Numbered from the stretch's first letter, positions 40,950-50,580 are shown. The stretch: DNA of 64,000 nt from an uncultured Candidatus Saccharibacteria bacterium (GCA_964626635.1 CAZVFY010000002.1:5300-69299), one strand, 5' to 3'. Notes: generated from the letters alone by a model not told the origin. Program-made: numbers and translations.

Positions 40950-41594
40950 ATGACAACCATGATCAGGTCGCTTCTGGCCCTCGTGCTAACCGTTTTGCTG
41001 CCGTTCGCCGCGTTCGCGTCGACGGTGGCACCGACGTCCGTCGAAATCTTCGGCGAACAGTTCGTCCGCAAGGACACCCGCTACATCGCCACGGTGGACA
41101 TCCCAAGCTCGGGCGTGCCTGAGCGGATCACGGTGACGACCCGGCCACTGCCGGTGCGCTCGACGTTCGATATGCTAGCACGTGAGGTCGGATTCGATTC
41201 ACCTTACGGCTTCCTCGACACCACCGCGCTGCTTTTGCCGGGGGAGACCGGCATCATCAGCGGCGGATCCTTCACCGATGTGAACGGTGTCACCTCGCCG
41301 ACGGAGTTCCAGGTCGAGATCTTCCTCTTAGCCTCGGACGTCGACGCGCTCGGGACACTGGATCGCCAAATGCTACTGGACAGGCCGATCGGCGTCGAGC
41401 TTGGCTGGCTCGATGCGGCCGGCATGCCGATCGCCCTCACGCCGGACTATGTCAGCCAACTGCCAACTGTCGGTAATATGGACGACGGTAACGGACCGTC
41501 GCCAGTCCCGCTGCCGCCGGCTGCCTGGTTCCTCCTCTCGGGGCTTGCCGGTCTGGGCTATGTCGCCAGGCATCGCTCGCGCGCAGCCGCCTGA
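40950..41594 (+). CDS. secreted protein with VPLPA/PEP-CTERM-like C-terminal sorting domain; compositionally GC-rich
   Basis: SD AGGGAG 9 nt upstream; signal peptide MTTMIRSLLALVLTVLLPFAAFA; C-terminal VPLPPAAWFLLSGLAGLGYVARHRSRAA; GC3 visibly above neighbours. Confidence 0.5.
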   Translation: MTTMIRSLLALVLTVLLPFAAFASTVAPTSVEIFGEQFVRKDTRYIATVDIPSSGVPERITVTTRPLPVRSTFDMLAREVGFDSPYGFLDTTALLLPGETGIISGGSFTDVNGVTSPTEFQVEIFLLASDVDALGTLDRQMLLDRPIGVELGWLDAAGMPIALTPDYVSQLPTVGNMDDGNGPSPVPLPPAAWFLLSGLAGLGYVARHRSRAAA

Positions 41595-41637
41595 TCTTTG
41601 CTCATCCCTCCAATCGGCGGGGTGAGCCACAACGCGC

Positions 41638-41675
41638 AAGGGCGCGGTCTACTTAGACCGCGCTCTTTTCTTTTC
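41638..41675. terminator. intrinsic terminator between the VPLPA-like gene and convergent rnr
   Basis: GCGCGGTCT-ACTT-AGACCGCGC followed by TCTTTTCTTTT. Confidence 0.65.
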
Positions 41676-41697
41676 ATACCGTCTTAATATACTTCCT

Positions 41698-43668
41698 CTA
41701 CTGTACTAGCTCGAAATCTATCTGTCGTTCTTCCATATCAGCACGCACTAGTGTAACGCGCACCTCATCACCCAGGCGGTAGGTCTTGCCAGTTTTGCGA
41801 CCGCGAATGCGGTATTTTTTGGGTTCGTGTTCAAAGTAATCCCCGTTGATGGTCGCCAGGCGCACCATGCCTTCGGACAGGGTGTTTTGCTCTTGGACAT
41901 AAATACCCCAGTCAGTCACACCGGTGATGACCGCGGTAAATTCTTTGCCCACGTGACGCACCATGTATTCGACTTGCTTAAATTTAATCGAATCACGCTC
42001 GGCGCGGACGGCCTCGTTTTCTTTCTCGCTGGCGTGCGTACAGGTCTGTTCGAGCGTCGCAGTTTCGCGTGGCCCGACGCGGACGCCGTCGAGGTGCTTG
42101 CGCAGCAGTCGGTGGGCGAGTAAGTCAGGATAGCGGCGGATCGGCGAGGTAAAGTGCGAGTAATAATTGAACGCCAGTCCAAAGTGTCCGATATTTTTGG
42201 TGCTGTAGATTGCCTTGGCCATGCTGCGGATGGCGGCGGTCTTGATCAGGTTTTCCTCGGGGGTACCCTCGACCTCTTTCATCAAGCGATTAATAGCCTT
42301 GGCGGACACGTTCCCATTGTGAGTCTCGAACTCGTGCCCCAGGGCGTGCACAAAGGTCGCTAGTTCTTCGATTTTGTCCGGGTTCGGGTTGTCGTGGATA
42401 CGGTAGACGTAGGGATGATCGACTGATTCTTGCTTGGCTTTCTCGTTCACGTACGTGGCCACCTCGCGGTTACACAAAAGCATAAAGTCCTCGATCATCA
42501 TCATCGTTTCGGTGCGGTGCTTTTGGTAGGCTTCGATCGGCGCGCCGTTCTCGTCTAGCTTGAACTTGATCTCTGGTTGCTCGAACGCGATCGCACCGGC
42601 CTTGAAACGCGCAGCCCGCAGTAAACGCGACAGTCGCCGCATGATCTGTAGTTCGGTCAGGTAGTCGCCCGACTCATTGTCCAGCACAGCTTGCGCGTCT
42701 TCGTACGAGAATCGCTTGTCCGAGTGGATGACGGTCTGGCCGTACCAAGCATTTTGCACCTCGGCCTCGGAGTTTAGTTCGAATACGGCCGAGAACGCCA
42801 GACGGTCTGTGTCCGGGCGCAGGGAACACAGATCGTTACTGAGCACCTCGGGCAGCATCGGAATCACGCGATCGACTAGGTACACACTGGTGGCGCGCTC
42901 ACGCGCCTCGACGTCCAGTGGCTCGCCCTCGATCACATAGTGCGATACGTCGGCGATGTGGATCCCCACCGAGACATTGCCGTTGGGAAGTTGTTCGATC
43001 GACAAGGCATCATCAAAGTCCTTGGCGTCCGCCGGGTCAATGGTCATCGTTGTGACGCCCCGCATATCGCGGCGTTTTTCGTCGGCCAGGGCCGCTGCAA
43101 AAATAGCAGCTTGCGTCTCGTGGAGTTCCTCGGCTGCCGCCTGGACACCAGCGGGGAAGTCCTTGGCAAACCCGCCACCGCGAATGATGGCGCGCATTTC
43201 GGTCTCGTGGTCGCCGGCGCGCCCGAGTACCTCAGTAATACGGGCGTGTGGTGCGAGGTGGGGCTGCGGCCATTCCGTTAACTCAGCTACAACTTTCATG
43301 TCGACATCATTGCCGCTAGCGTCTGGGAGGAGGGGGCGCACATGAATGCGTCGGTTGTCTGGTACCAACTGTCGCATCGGCGCGCCATTTTCTTGCACTT
43401 CTTTGACGGTGCCAATGATGTATAGGTGCGCCCGCTCGAGCACTTTGGTGACGCGACCTTGGCGGCGTTCGCCGGGCTTTTCTGGCAGTAGCTCGACCGC
43501 TACCGTGTCTCCGTCCAGGGCGCGATCGAGGTTTTGCCGCTCGACGACGATGTCATCATTGCGGTCGCGCGTTTTTGGATCGTCGGTACCGGGGCCGGGT
43601 GGCGTGACAAAACCAGTGCCTTTGCCACGAACCATAATAGTGCCAGAAAATGTCTTGTTCATATACAT
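41698..43668 (-). CDS. rnr: ribonuclease R (RNB-family 3'-5' exoribonuclease)
   Basis: N-terminal cold-shock/OB domains, central RNB catalytic domain and C-terminal S1 domain; 656 aa. Confidence 0.85.
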   Translation of the reverse strand: MYMNKTFSGTIMVRGKGTGFVTPPGPGTDDPKTRDRNDDIVVERQNLDRALDGDTVAVELLPEKPGERRQGRVTKVLERAHLYIIGTVKEVQENGAPMRQLVPDNRRIHVRPLLPDASGNDVDMKVVAELTEWPQPHLAPHARITEVLGRAGDHETEMRAIIRGGGFAKDFPAGVQAAAEELHETQAAIFAAALADEKRRDMRGVTTMTIDPADAKDFDDALSIEQLPNGNVSVGIHIADVSHYVIEGEPLDVEARERATSVYLVDRVIPMLPEVLSNDLCSLRPDTDRLAFSAVFELNSEAEVQNAWYGQTVIHSDKRFSYEDAQAVLDNESGDYLTELQIMRRLSRLLRAARFKAGAIAFEQPEIKFKLDENGAPIEAYQKHRTETMMMIEDFMLLCNREVATYVNEKAKQESVDHPYVYRIHDNPNPDKIEELATFVHALGHEFETHNGNVSAKAINRLMKEVEGTPEENLIKTAAIRSMAKAIYSTKNIGHFGLAFNYYSHFTSPIRRYPDLLAHRLLRKHLDGVRVGPRETATLEQTCTHASEKENEAVRAERDSIKFKQVEYMVRHVGKEFTAVITGVTDWGIYVQEQNTLSEGMVRLATINGDYFEHEPKKYRIRGRKTGKTYRLGDEVRVTLVRADMEERQIDFELVQ

Positions 43669-43958
43669 GCTAGATAGAATAAAGTGTGCGTGCAGTATAG
43701 CATTTACGGGCTGCGCCGATAGGTAAGGTGAGAAGCGGCGTATATATCATTAGGATTTGTCCAAACACAGCGTGGTGTTTCTCAATCAACACCCGTGTCT
43801 AGTGAGCATTGCACGGCATCTTGAGGCGTCCGCGGGGTCGAACGCTTGTGATGGTTGCACACACATCGGAGCGTGTCGAAAAATGCCGCGCAGTGCTCAC
43901 GTTCAAAAATCGATAACCGCTTGACGAAACCCGATAGTCTGATACGCTAGCGACACTT

Positions 43959-44480
43959 ATGTTAATGATGCGACTACAACGCGTCGGCCGCCGTAACGAT
44001 CCATCTTACCGAATCGTGGTCACCGACAAGCGAACCGGCCCTAAGAGCGACAAACACGTCGATCGTCTGGGTTCTTACAATCCTAAAATGGACCACATCC
44101 AAATTGACGCTGACCGCGCCAAAGACTGGCTCAGCAAGGGCGTACAGCCGTCTGACACGGTGTACAACATCCTGGTGGGACAGAAAATTGTCGAAGGCCG
44201 TAAGCGCAACGTGCTCCCAAAGAAATCTCCAATAATTGATGAAGAAGCTCTCGCCAAAGCCAAAGAAGAGGAAGAAGCGAAAAAAGCTGCCGAAGAAGCC
44301 GCTGCCGCCGAAGCCAAGGCTAAGGAAGAAGCAGAAGCAGCTACTGTAGACGAAGCAGCAGCTGACACACCAGCCGAAGACGCTTCAGCCGAAACTGACA
44401 GCGAAACAGAAGAAAAGCCGGTAGAACCAGCCGCTGACGAACCAGCCGCCGACGACGCACCAGAGGAAGACAAAAAATAG
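43959..44480 (+). CDS. rpsP: 30S ribosomal protein S16 with long Lys/Ala/Glu-rich C-terminal extension
   Basis: MLMMRLQRVGRRNDPSYRIVVTDKR....GSYNP aligns with the S16 N-terminus; 173 aa versus ~82 typical. Confidence 0.85.
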   Translation: MLMMRLQRVGRRNDPSYRIVVTDKRTGPKSDKHVDRLGSYNPKMDHIQIDADRAKDWLSKGVQPSDTVYNILVGQKIVEGRKRNVLPKKSPIIDEEALAKAKEEEEAKKAAEEAAAAEAKAKEEAEAATVDEAAADTPAEDASAETDSETEEKPVEPAADEPAADDAPEEDKK

Positions 44481-44505
44481 TCAACTTGCATTGGCCAGTT
44501 GTCCC

Positions 44506-44536
44506 GACACCCGACCGTTGTATCCGGTCGGGTGTC
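44506..44536 (+). other. perfect 12 bp stem hairpin between rpsP and the KH-domain gene
   Basis: GACACCCGACCG-TTGTATC-CGGTCGGGTGTC; no T tract, so more likely a processing or regulatory structure than a terminator. Confidence 0.4.
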
Positions 44537-44590
44537 ACGTTATACTTGAATGAGAGCGAATGCTCATCGCTACCAGATAAGACTAGAAAC

Positions 44591-44944
44591 ATGGAACAGT
44601 ACGAAGATAAGCAATTCTTGGAAACTACCGTCAAAGCCCTCGTTGATAACCCGGACGCCGTACAGATCAACCGCACCGTCGATGAAATGGGCGTGTTACT
44701 TACGCTCGATGTGCATGCTGATGATATGGGCAAGATCATCGGCCGCAGCGGCAACACTGCCAAGGCGATCCGCACTTTGTTGCGAGTGGTCGGCATGAAG
44801 CACGACGCCCGCGTCAACCTCAAAATCAACGAACCTGAAGGTGGCCGCGGCATGGATCCACAGATGCACGAAGCGATGCAAGAAGACAACCCTGTCAGCG
44901 ATACCAAGTCACTTGATGACGCGATTGATGATCTGAAGATTTAG
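44591..44944 (+). CDS. KH-domain RNA-binding protein (UPF0109/YlqC-like)
   Basis: GKIIGRSGNTAKAIRTLL KH type II GxxG motif; conserved position after rpsP; start MEQYEDK at 44591. Confidence 0.7.
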   Translation: MEQYEDKQFLETTVKALVDNPDAVQINRTVDEMGVLLTLDVHADDMGKIIGRSGNTAKAIRTLLRVVGMKHDARVNLKINEPEGGRGMDPQMHEAMQEDNPVSDTKSLDDAIDDLKI

Positions 44945-44956
44945 TATAATCACCAC

Positions 44957-44987
44957 AAAAGACCCGCTTCGGCGGGTTTTTTGTTGC
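44957..44987 (+). terminator. intrinsic terminator ending the rpsP-KH operon
   Basis: AAAAGACCCGC-TTCG-GCGGGTTTTTTGTT. Confidence 0.8.
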
Positions 44988-45029
44988 GCAACACACTGGT
45001 TTGTACTATGGTGCCTGTATACTACAGCT

Positions 45030-45815
45030 ATGAAACGCGCTCACTTTTACATACTCACCGCCGCCATTGGTCTCTTACTTATTCTTGCAATTGTTGTGTT
45101 TACTAACGAACCCGACGTAGCCCCAGGAGATACGGCTGGCAATACCACACAACCGCAACCAGCCCCGACCGAACCAGCAGAGCGAACTGCACCCCTCAGC
45201 ACCACCACCGCCGCTGGTACCTTCATCATCGACCCCGCCATCCCAATCAACGAGCGCTGTACCCCCGTGACCCTGGCGTGTCTGGAGGCGCAGCCGGAGT
45301 GGAACCCAACCATGGCGACAACCGGGATCGAGCGGATTGACCCGAGCGAGCTCACGCTGTTCGATGGTACCTACCAACTAGACTACCAATCCGTCCCGCG
45401 CAGTACCGATCCATTTACTTTCGTGACCGCTAAAGACGAGCACGACCCTGCATATTGCGCACAGTATGACCTCACCGGCTTGGATTTATTTATCCGTGAT
45501 GAGGGACCCTTAGAACCATCATGTTCAATTTACCCACCAGAAGCGTACCAAGAGTTCGTCATTCTTGATGAGAACGAGGCGGTGGTGCATGCGTATCGCT
45601 TATCGGATAAATATTCGTTATTAGAACTAAGGGCCGGCGTGCAACTAATGGGGAGGGTTAATTCGGTCGGTGCAGGATGTTGCAACAGTCAATACAGTAC
45701 ATCTCTCTCTCTCTCATTTATAAACTGGTCTGATTATAATCAGTTTTATAACCCTATCGTTACAGGGGTTTATATAAACCCTTACACCGGCGCCTTCAAC
45801 GACCGCACCAATTAG
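45030..45815 (+). CDS. signal-anchored extracytoplasmic protein, paralog family member A1
   Basis: MKRAHFYILTAAIGLLLILAIVVF anchor; conserved core TTTAAGTFIIDPAIPI.ERCTPVTLACLEAQPEW; contains an in-frame (TC)7 tract; TATACT box 6 nt upstream of the ATG. Confidence 0.6.
   Translation: MKRAHFYILTAAIGLLLILAIVVFTNEPDVAPGDTAGNTTQPQPAPTEPAERTAPLSTTTAAGTFIIDPAIPINERCTPVTLACLEAQPEWNPTMATTGIERIDPSELTLFDGTYQLDYQSVPRSTDPFTFVTAKDEHDPAYCAQYDLTGLDLFIRDEGPLEPSCSIYPPEAYQEFVILDENEAVVHAYRLSDKYSLLELRAGVQLMGRVNSVGAGCCNSQYSTSLSLSFINWSDYNQFYNPIVTGVYINPYTGAFNDRTN
45702..45715 (+). repeat. (TC)7 dinucleotide repeat inside paralog A1 coding sequence (currently in frame)
   Basis: tctctctctctctc encoding SLSLS. Confidence 0.8.
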
Positions 45816-45913
45816 TCGACACCCTTTTGGCCCCGTGCTACACTCGCCTTAGAACAGCCGCCCTTTCGGGCGGTTTCTGTTCTTTGATAACCTCAAACAA
45901 AAAGGAGGCAGTC

Positions 45914-48850
45914 ATGGCTGCAACTACAACAAGTGTCGATCGAAGTGTAACTGTAGAGGAGGGTGATCGTGCTCGCATCTACATCGAGCGCGAAGGAGAT
46001 CTAGCTACCTACTCAACTGTTTGGGTTACAGTCGTCTTTAGTGATCGGGACGAGAGCTGGGGCGACTTATCATTTCGCCGCGTCGGCGGTGATGGGGTGA
46101 GTTGGTTCAATCAAAATCAAAACCAAGGCGCAATCAATTTTGCCCCTGGTGATGATCGAGCGTACGTAGAATTCGACATCACTGAAGACGGTCAGGCTGA
46201 GGATTACGAATCCTTTGGAATCGAAATCTACAACCCAACCAATACTAATATCGGTGATTCGCGCGACTTTATCAAAGTTCCCGAACACGATACCGCGCCC
46301 AACACCAACCTGCCGCTCGTCCGCGTCGATGACGCGGTCGCAGCGCTCGAGGGTACGGGCCAAGAACTGGAGTGGAAGATCACGTACACCAACCCGTACA
46401 ACCGGGACTGGGATGGCAGCGAAGACGGCCGCACGGTCGTGCACTACCAGATCATCAATGACCGGACGGGGCAGGTGGTGGACAGCGGCTCGACCACCAA
46501 CAGCAACGTAGATGCTTACGAGGTAGAAACGCGCACCATCGACTACCGTCCGCCAGACGACAATGTCTACACCGGCGGCACGACGTACACCTTCCGGGTC
46601 ACCCGGCTCGAGTACCTCAGTGGCCAGACCGGCAATGTCGCGTCTGGCCTAGTGGTCGATGACGAGCTACCATATGTACCGCCGATCCCACCAGAAATCT
46701 CGATCCGCGGCGACACGGTCGACGAAGGCGAGGTTGCCAACGTCGAGCTGCGTCTCAACAAAGCGAGCGCGTCCGATGTCTCGGTCGTGGTTAGCACGTA
46801 CTACGGTACGTTTAATGAAGCCAACACTGGCGGCAGCGGCCTCGACTACGCTGGGCTTGTGGACCGTTCGTTCACTATCCCCGCCGGGGACACGAGCGTC
46901 ACGGTGCCGATCACGACGTTCACTGACAACATCTACAACGAAGGAGACGAACGCTTTGAAGTCCGGATCGAATCCGCCAGTGGCGCAACCATAGATGATG
47001 AAAGCGCCACGGTACGGATCCGGGATACCACGGTAGAACCGGAGCCAGTCCCTGACCCGGTCTTGTCCGGGTCGCAAGTATTCGAGTACAACCTCGCCTT
47101 GACCAGCGCGGAATCGATCATGGGTACCAATCGTTTGGTATCGGTGATCGAGTCCGAACCACTCTTGCTGCGTCTCGCAAAGACTTTGCAAGACGCTGGC
47201 AGCAATGTGATCGATGGTCTGGTGCAGGCTGGATTGTCGCTGATCGGGACTACTGCATACGCGGCCGAAGCCGATGTGCCACCTGTCCAGTCGTTCAACT
47301 CTATGGCCGACGAGTGGTATGAGTTCTTGTTCCCAAGTTCGTCGTACGGGCGTCTGCTCGCTAGTCTGCCAGATTACTACACCTCGTGGGATCTGGCGGT
47401 GCGTGATGTCGAGCTGCGAGTTGGTGACTACGTGGATGATCGGTTGGTGATCGGTCAGCCACTGTTCAGTGAAGATGGACTCGAAGTCGATGCAGGGGGT
47501 CGGACGATCTATAGCAGTCTGCAAGGTAGGTATGACGCTGTAGACAGAATGACCTCTCACTTCAGCAATGATGGCCATGCCTTTGATTGGGGTGGCCGGA
47601 TAACTGGTAATAACGATGCCTTCGTATTGGCTCCAATCGGAGCCTGGGTCGTTCACGCAGTTGATCATTATGTCAATGATCCAACCAACAATGGCTGGGG
47701 TAGTGATAGTAACAAAAATGATAACGGAGGGTTCGGAAATGTTGTTACGATTCGTGTTGCACACCCCAATGGCGCAGACGTTGATATAACGTTTGCTCAC
47801 CTTAAGAAAGGAAGTGTGCCCGATGCATTTCTGAAAGCAACGGAAGCCAATCCAGTCGAGGTTGATCAATACCAAATCCTTGGTTTGATGGGGAATACGG
47901 GTGCTGGCGATAAACACTTGCACATGCAGGTGGGAAACGGTATTGAAAACGGCATTGCTGTTATACCAAGTGAAGATATCGAGTCTAAACTTAACTTGAA
48001 TCCACCTGTCTACATGCTTGGCTTCGGCAATGCCGATATCGCCTCTCGCGCAGAATTGAAAGGAGATACCTCTCTGGCGCAAGATGCTGGCTTCCCAGCT
48101 GGCGATAGCCGTGGCAGCGAACCGAATGTGGTCAGTGGCATCCAATCCACCGTCGACTACGATGACTTCCGGGCCATCAACGACGCGTACTTCAACCCAC
48201 CACCCCAAGGCCCTCGCCAAATCATCACCACCGAATACGACGCCACTACCATTGGGTCGATTGCGGAGCGAGGTGGATGGACAGACATCTTGGACGGCAA
48301 CGCTTCACGAGTGAAGGTGCACGATCAAGACAACGAGTTGCGCTATAAACGCACGGACATTGAGGCCAGTGCGCGCACGGATGAACGGCACGAATCCAGA
48401 GTGCTAGTCACCGAGTTCGTCGTCGATCTTGCTGATGGTGTCGACCTCATCGGCGGCGAACTCGAACTTACGCTCGGGAAGCGCATCAAGCTTGACGCGT
48501 CTGGCCTCGACCAAGTCTCGCTGGCGGTGATCGCGGCCGAGATCGGCGACGATCTCGATCGCGCTGATCGCGATACGTTCGACTTCATCAACCCACTTTC
48601 TAACCAGGTGGGAGTGGATGAGAACTGGCGTCGCGGGGACACCGTTTCGTTTACGTTAAACGAGGCGGGCCTGACACATTTGGCCGCGGGCGGGGAACTG
48701 GCCGTGGCAACGTCGTACCATTTCGACAGTACGACCCCTCCCAATGACCGTAATGGCCGTTGGGACGAACTCCGCATCCAGATCGACGATGCGGATCTCG
48801 AACTGGAACTGCAGCTGCCAATCAACGGAGCTGACGAGTTCCTGTTCTAG
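45914..48850 (+). CDS. large Calx-beta and M23-peptidase-like domain protein without a signal peptide
   Basis: SD AAAGGAGG 5 nt upstream; Calx-beta-like segment (GDTVDEGEVANVELRLNKAS....ERFEVRIESASGATIDDESATVRIRD); M23-like GLMGNTGAGDKHLHMQV and AHPNGADVD; the last ~16 codons recur in downstream repeats. Confidence 0.65.
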   Translation: MAATTTSVDRSVTVEEGDRARIYIEREGDLATYSTVWVTVVFSDRDESWGDLSFRRVGGDGVSWFNQNQNQGAINFAPGDDRAYVEFDITEDGQAEDYESFGIEIYNPTNTNIGDSRDFIKVPEHDTAPNTNLPLVRVDDAVAALEGTGQELEWKITYTNPYNRDWDGSEDGRTVVHYQIINDRTGQVVDSGSTTNSNVDAYEVETRTIDYRPPDDNVYTGGTTYTFRVTRLEYLSGQTGNVASGLVVDDELPYVPPIPPEISIRGDTVDEGEVANVELRLNKASASDVSVVVSTYYGTFNEANTGGSGLDYAGLVDRSFTIPAGDTSVTVPITTFTDNIYNEGDERFEVRIESASGATIDDESATVRIRDTTVEPEPVPDPVLSGSQVFEYNLALTSAESIMGTNRLVSVIESEPLLLRLAKTLQDAGSNVIDGLVQAGLSLIGTTAYAAEADVPPVQSFNSMADEWYEFLFPSSSYGRLLASLPDYYTSWDLAVRDVELRVGDYVDDRLVIGQPLFSEDGLEVDAGGRTIYSSLQGRYDAVDRMTSHFSNDGHAFDWGGRITGNNDAFVLAPIGAWVVHAVDHYVNDPTNNGWGSDSNKNDNGGFGNVVTIRVAHPNGADVDITFAHLKKGSVPDAFLKATEANPVEVDQYQILGLMGNTGAGDKHLHMQVGNGIENGIAVIPSEDIESKLNLNPPVYMLGFGNADIASRAELKGDTSLAQDAGFPAGDSRGSEPNVVSGIQSTVDYDDFRAINDAYFNPPPQGPRQIITTEYDATTIGSIAERGGWTDILDGNASRVKVHDQDNELRYKRTDIEASARTDERHESRVLVTEFVVDLADGVDLIGGELELTLGKRIKLDASGLDQVSLAVIAAEIGDDLDRADRDTFDFINPLSNQVGVDENWRRGDTVSFTLNEAGLTHLAAGGELAVATSYHFDSTTPPNDRNGRWDELRIQIDDADLELELQLPINGADEFLF

Positions 48851-48900
48851 AACGAACAACTGATAGCACCCGTGGCGTCCGCGCCACGGGTGGTTTTTTA
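48795..48900 (+). repeat. R1: ~100 nt two-hairpin repeat (3' codons of the large gene plus terminator), followed by a conserved promoter
   Basis: GAACTGGAACTGCAGCTGCCAATC..GGAGCTGACGAGTTCCTGTTCTAG imperfect hairpin, then CACCCGTGGCGTCCGCGCCACGGGTGGTTTTTT; four copies in the island. Confidence 0.8.
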
Positions 48901-48936
48901 TCTTATTCTAAGCTACAGTGCTGCTATACTCACATT

Positions 48937-49647
48937 ATGAAACGATCTCATTTTTACATCCTCGTGGCCGCCATTGGCTTACTCGTTCTCTTGGCTATAT
49001 TTGCGTTGTACGCAAACGATACTGAAACTAGTCCAGTTACTACAATCACCAATACCACAGAACCGCAATCAGTCCCGTCTGAACCAACAGAATCTACCAC
49101 ACCGATCTCCACCACCACTGCAGCCGGCACCTTCATCATCGATCCAGCCATTCCGATCGAAGAGCGTTGCACCCCCGTGACGCTGGCGTGTTTGGCGGCG
49201 CAGCCGGAGTGGAGTCCTGCTACGGAATTCAACGGTATGAAACGGGTGGATCCCTTAGAATTATCAATGTTTACTGGTGACATTGAATTGCAAGAAACAG
49301 TTTTGGGAAAAACGCGGGATGTTTTTACCTTGGTACAGCCGTCAGGAGAACTCACAGAAAAATATTGCGCTGACAGAAACATTGCTGTCCCAAATGCAAT
49401 TTGTCCTAAATATGCACTACCTACTTATAATGAATTTGCTATTAAGATTACAGACACTGATGAGATCGTTCATGCGTATGAGCTTGTTAATAATAACTCA
49501 ACAACGTACGTGCCATACTGCGTACCGAGTCTGGAATACTGTGATGGATTGGGTGGAGATAGCGCTGTCGGAAGAGATGCGATTCCACATAAAATTGGAA
49601 TTATGATTTGGCAATGGGACGACATCAACAAAAAAACCCGAGCCTAG
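48937..49647 (+). CDS. signal-anchored extracytoplasmic protein, paralog A2
   Basis: MKRSHFYILVAAIGLLVLLAIFAL plus conserved core; A7 tract at 49630-49636 near the 3' end. Confidence 0.6.
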   Translation: MKRSHFYILVAAIGLLVLLAIFALYANDTETSPVTTITNTTEPQSVPSEPTESTTPISTTTAAGTFIIDPAIPIEERCTPVTLACLAAQPEWSPATEFNGMKRVDPLELSMFTGDIELQETVLGKTRDVFTLVQPSGELTEKYCADRNIAVPNAICPKYALPTYNEFAIKITDTDEIVHAYELVNNNSTTYVPYCVPSLEYCDGLGGDSAVGRDAIPHKIGIMIWQWDDINKKTRA

Positions 49648-49755
49648 ATGAGACCGATGAGAGAGAACTCAATATTACTAATCTATACACCGGAGAAATT
49701 AATCGGTTTATTCCAGTTAATGAACGCTAGCTCTACCTCATTACAATTAAAAAAG

Positions 49756-49826
49756 GGCCACGAGTTCTTGTTTTCAAACGAACAACTAATAACACCCGTG
49801 GCGTGCGCGCCACGGGTGGTTTTTTA
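49756..49826 (+). repeat. R2: partial copy of the repeat (terminator hairpin and flanks) with conserved promoter downstream
   Basis: GAGTTCTTGTTTTCAAACGAACAACTAATAACACCCGTGGCGTGCGCGCCACGGGTGGTTTTTT; following promoter ATCTTATTCTAAGCTACAGTGCTGCTATACT is identical to R1. Confidence 0.75.
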
Positions 49827-49862
49827 TCTTATTCTAAGCTACAGTGCTGCTATACTCTACGT

Positions 49863-50580
49863 ATGAAACGAACTCACTTCTACCTCCTTGCCACCGCCAT
49901 TGGCTTACTCATCCTCCTGAGTGTGTTTGCGCTGTACAAAAACGATACTACCAACGGGCCCGTAGCTTCGACCATTATTCCAGCCGCAGAACCACTTTCC
50001 ACCACCACTGCCAACGGCGACACTTTCATCACCGACCAATCCATCCCAATCGTGGAGCGCTGCACCCCCGTGACCCGCGCTTGTTTGGAGGTGCAGCCGG
50101 AGTGGGGGCCGACGATGGCGACGACCGGAATCGAGCGGGTTGAGCCGGGGGAGTTAATATATATATAATCCAGACTATATTACCTCAGTTAGTAATGCAA
50201 ATAATTTTGCAATTGTTCACACTGGCCTGGTACACAGTAATATGAACTGTAACGATCGTGGTATTAATCCTAATTCTGTAAACGGCTGGGGTGCACCGGT
50301 GAGTTGTGCGCAGCGCGACAAATCAGTTTTTACTGAATTACTCGTTATTGATGCAATTACTCAAGAACCACTACATGCATATAAAATTACTGGCAATTAC
50401 TCTTGGCTCGGTAGCTATCTAGAAGGGTGGAAGGTGGGAGGCTATCCGTTCGGCGGACAGCCAAATTATTTATATGTCACAATTTTCAATTGGTCTGATG
50501 ATAGTTATGCAGAGTTCTCTAGGCCGACATTGAATTACCGCCTCAACCCCTACACTGGCGAACTGACTGTAAATGACTAG
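49863..50580 (+). pseudogene. paralog A3, split into two ORFs by a frameshift at a (TA)5 tract
   Basis: 49863-50168 encodes the conserved N-terminal 101 aa and ends GELIYI*; 50242-50580 encodes a family-like C-terminus; adding one TA unit fuses them in frame. Confidence 0.6.
50158..50167 (+). repeat. (TA)5 dinucleotide repeat at the A3 frameshift point
   Basis: tatatatata; other paralogs have GAGTTGACGTTGTTTAAT at the equivalent position. Confidence 0.8.

Noticed and set aside
46667-48220. 517 aa minus-strand ORF inside the large Calx-beta/M23 gene
   Set aside because: Antisense to a plus-strand gene with an SD and recognisable domains; Arg/Val/Asp-rich composition typical of antisense frames in GC-rich coding DNA.
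50242-50580. Independent 112 aa gene starting MNCNDRG
   Set aside because: Its frame is open upstream back to the (TA)5 tract, and its product aligns with the C-terminal half of the A-family. Interpreted as the distal half of frameshifted paralog A3.
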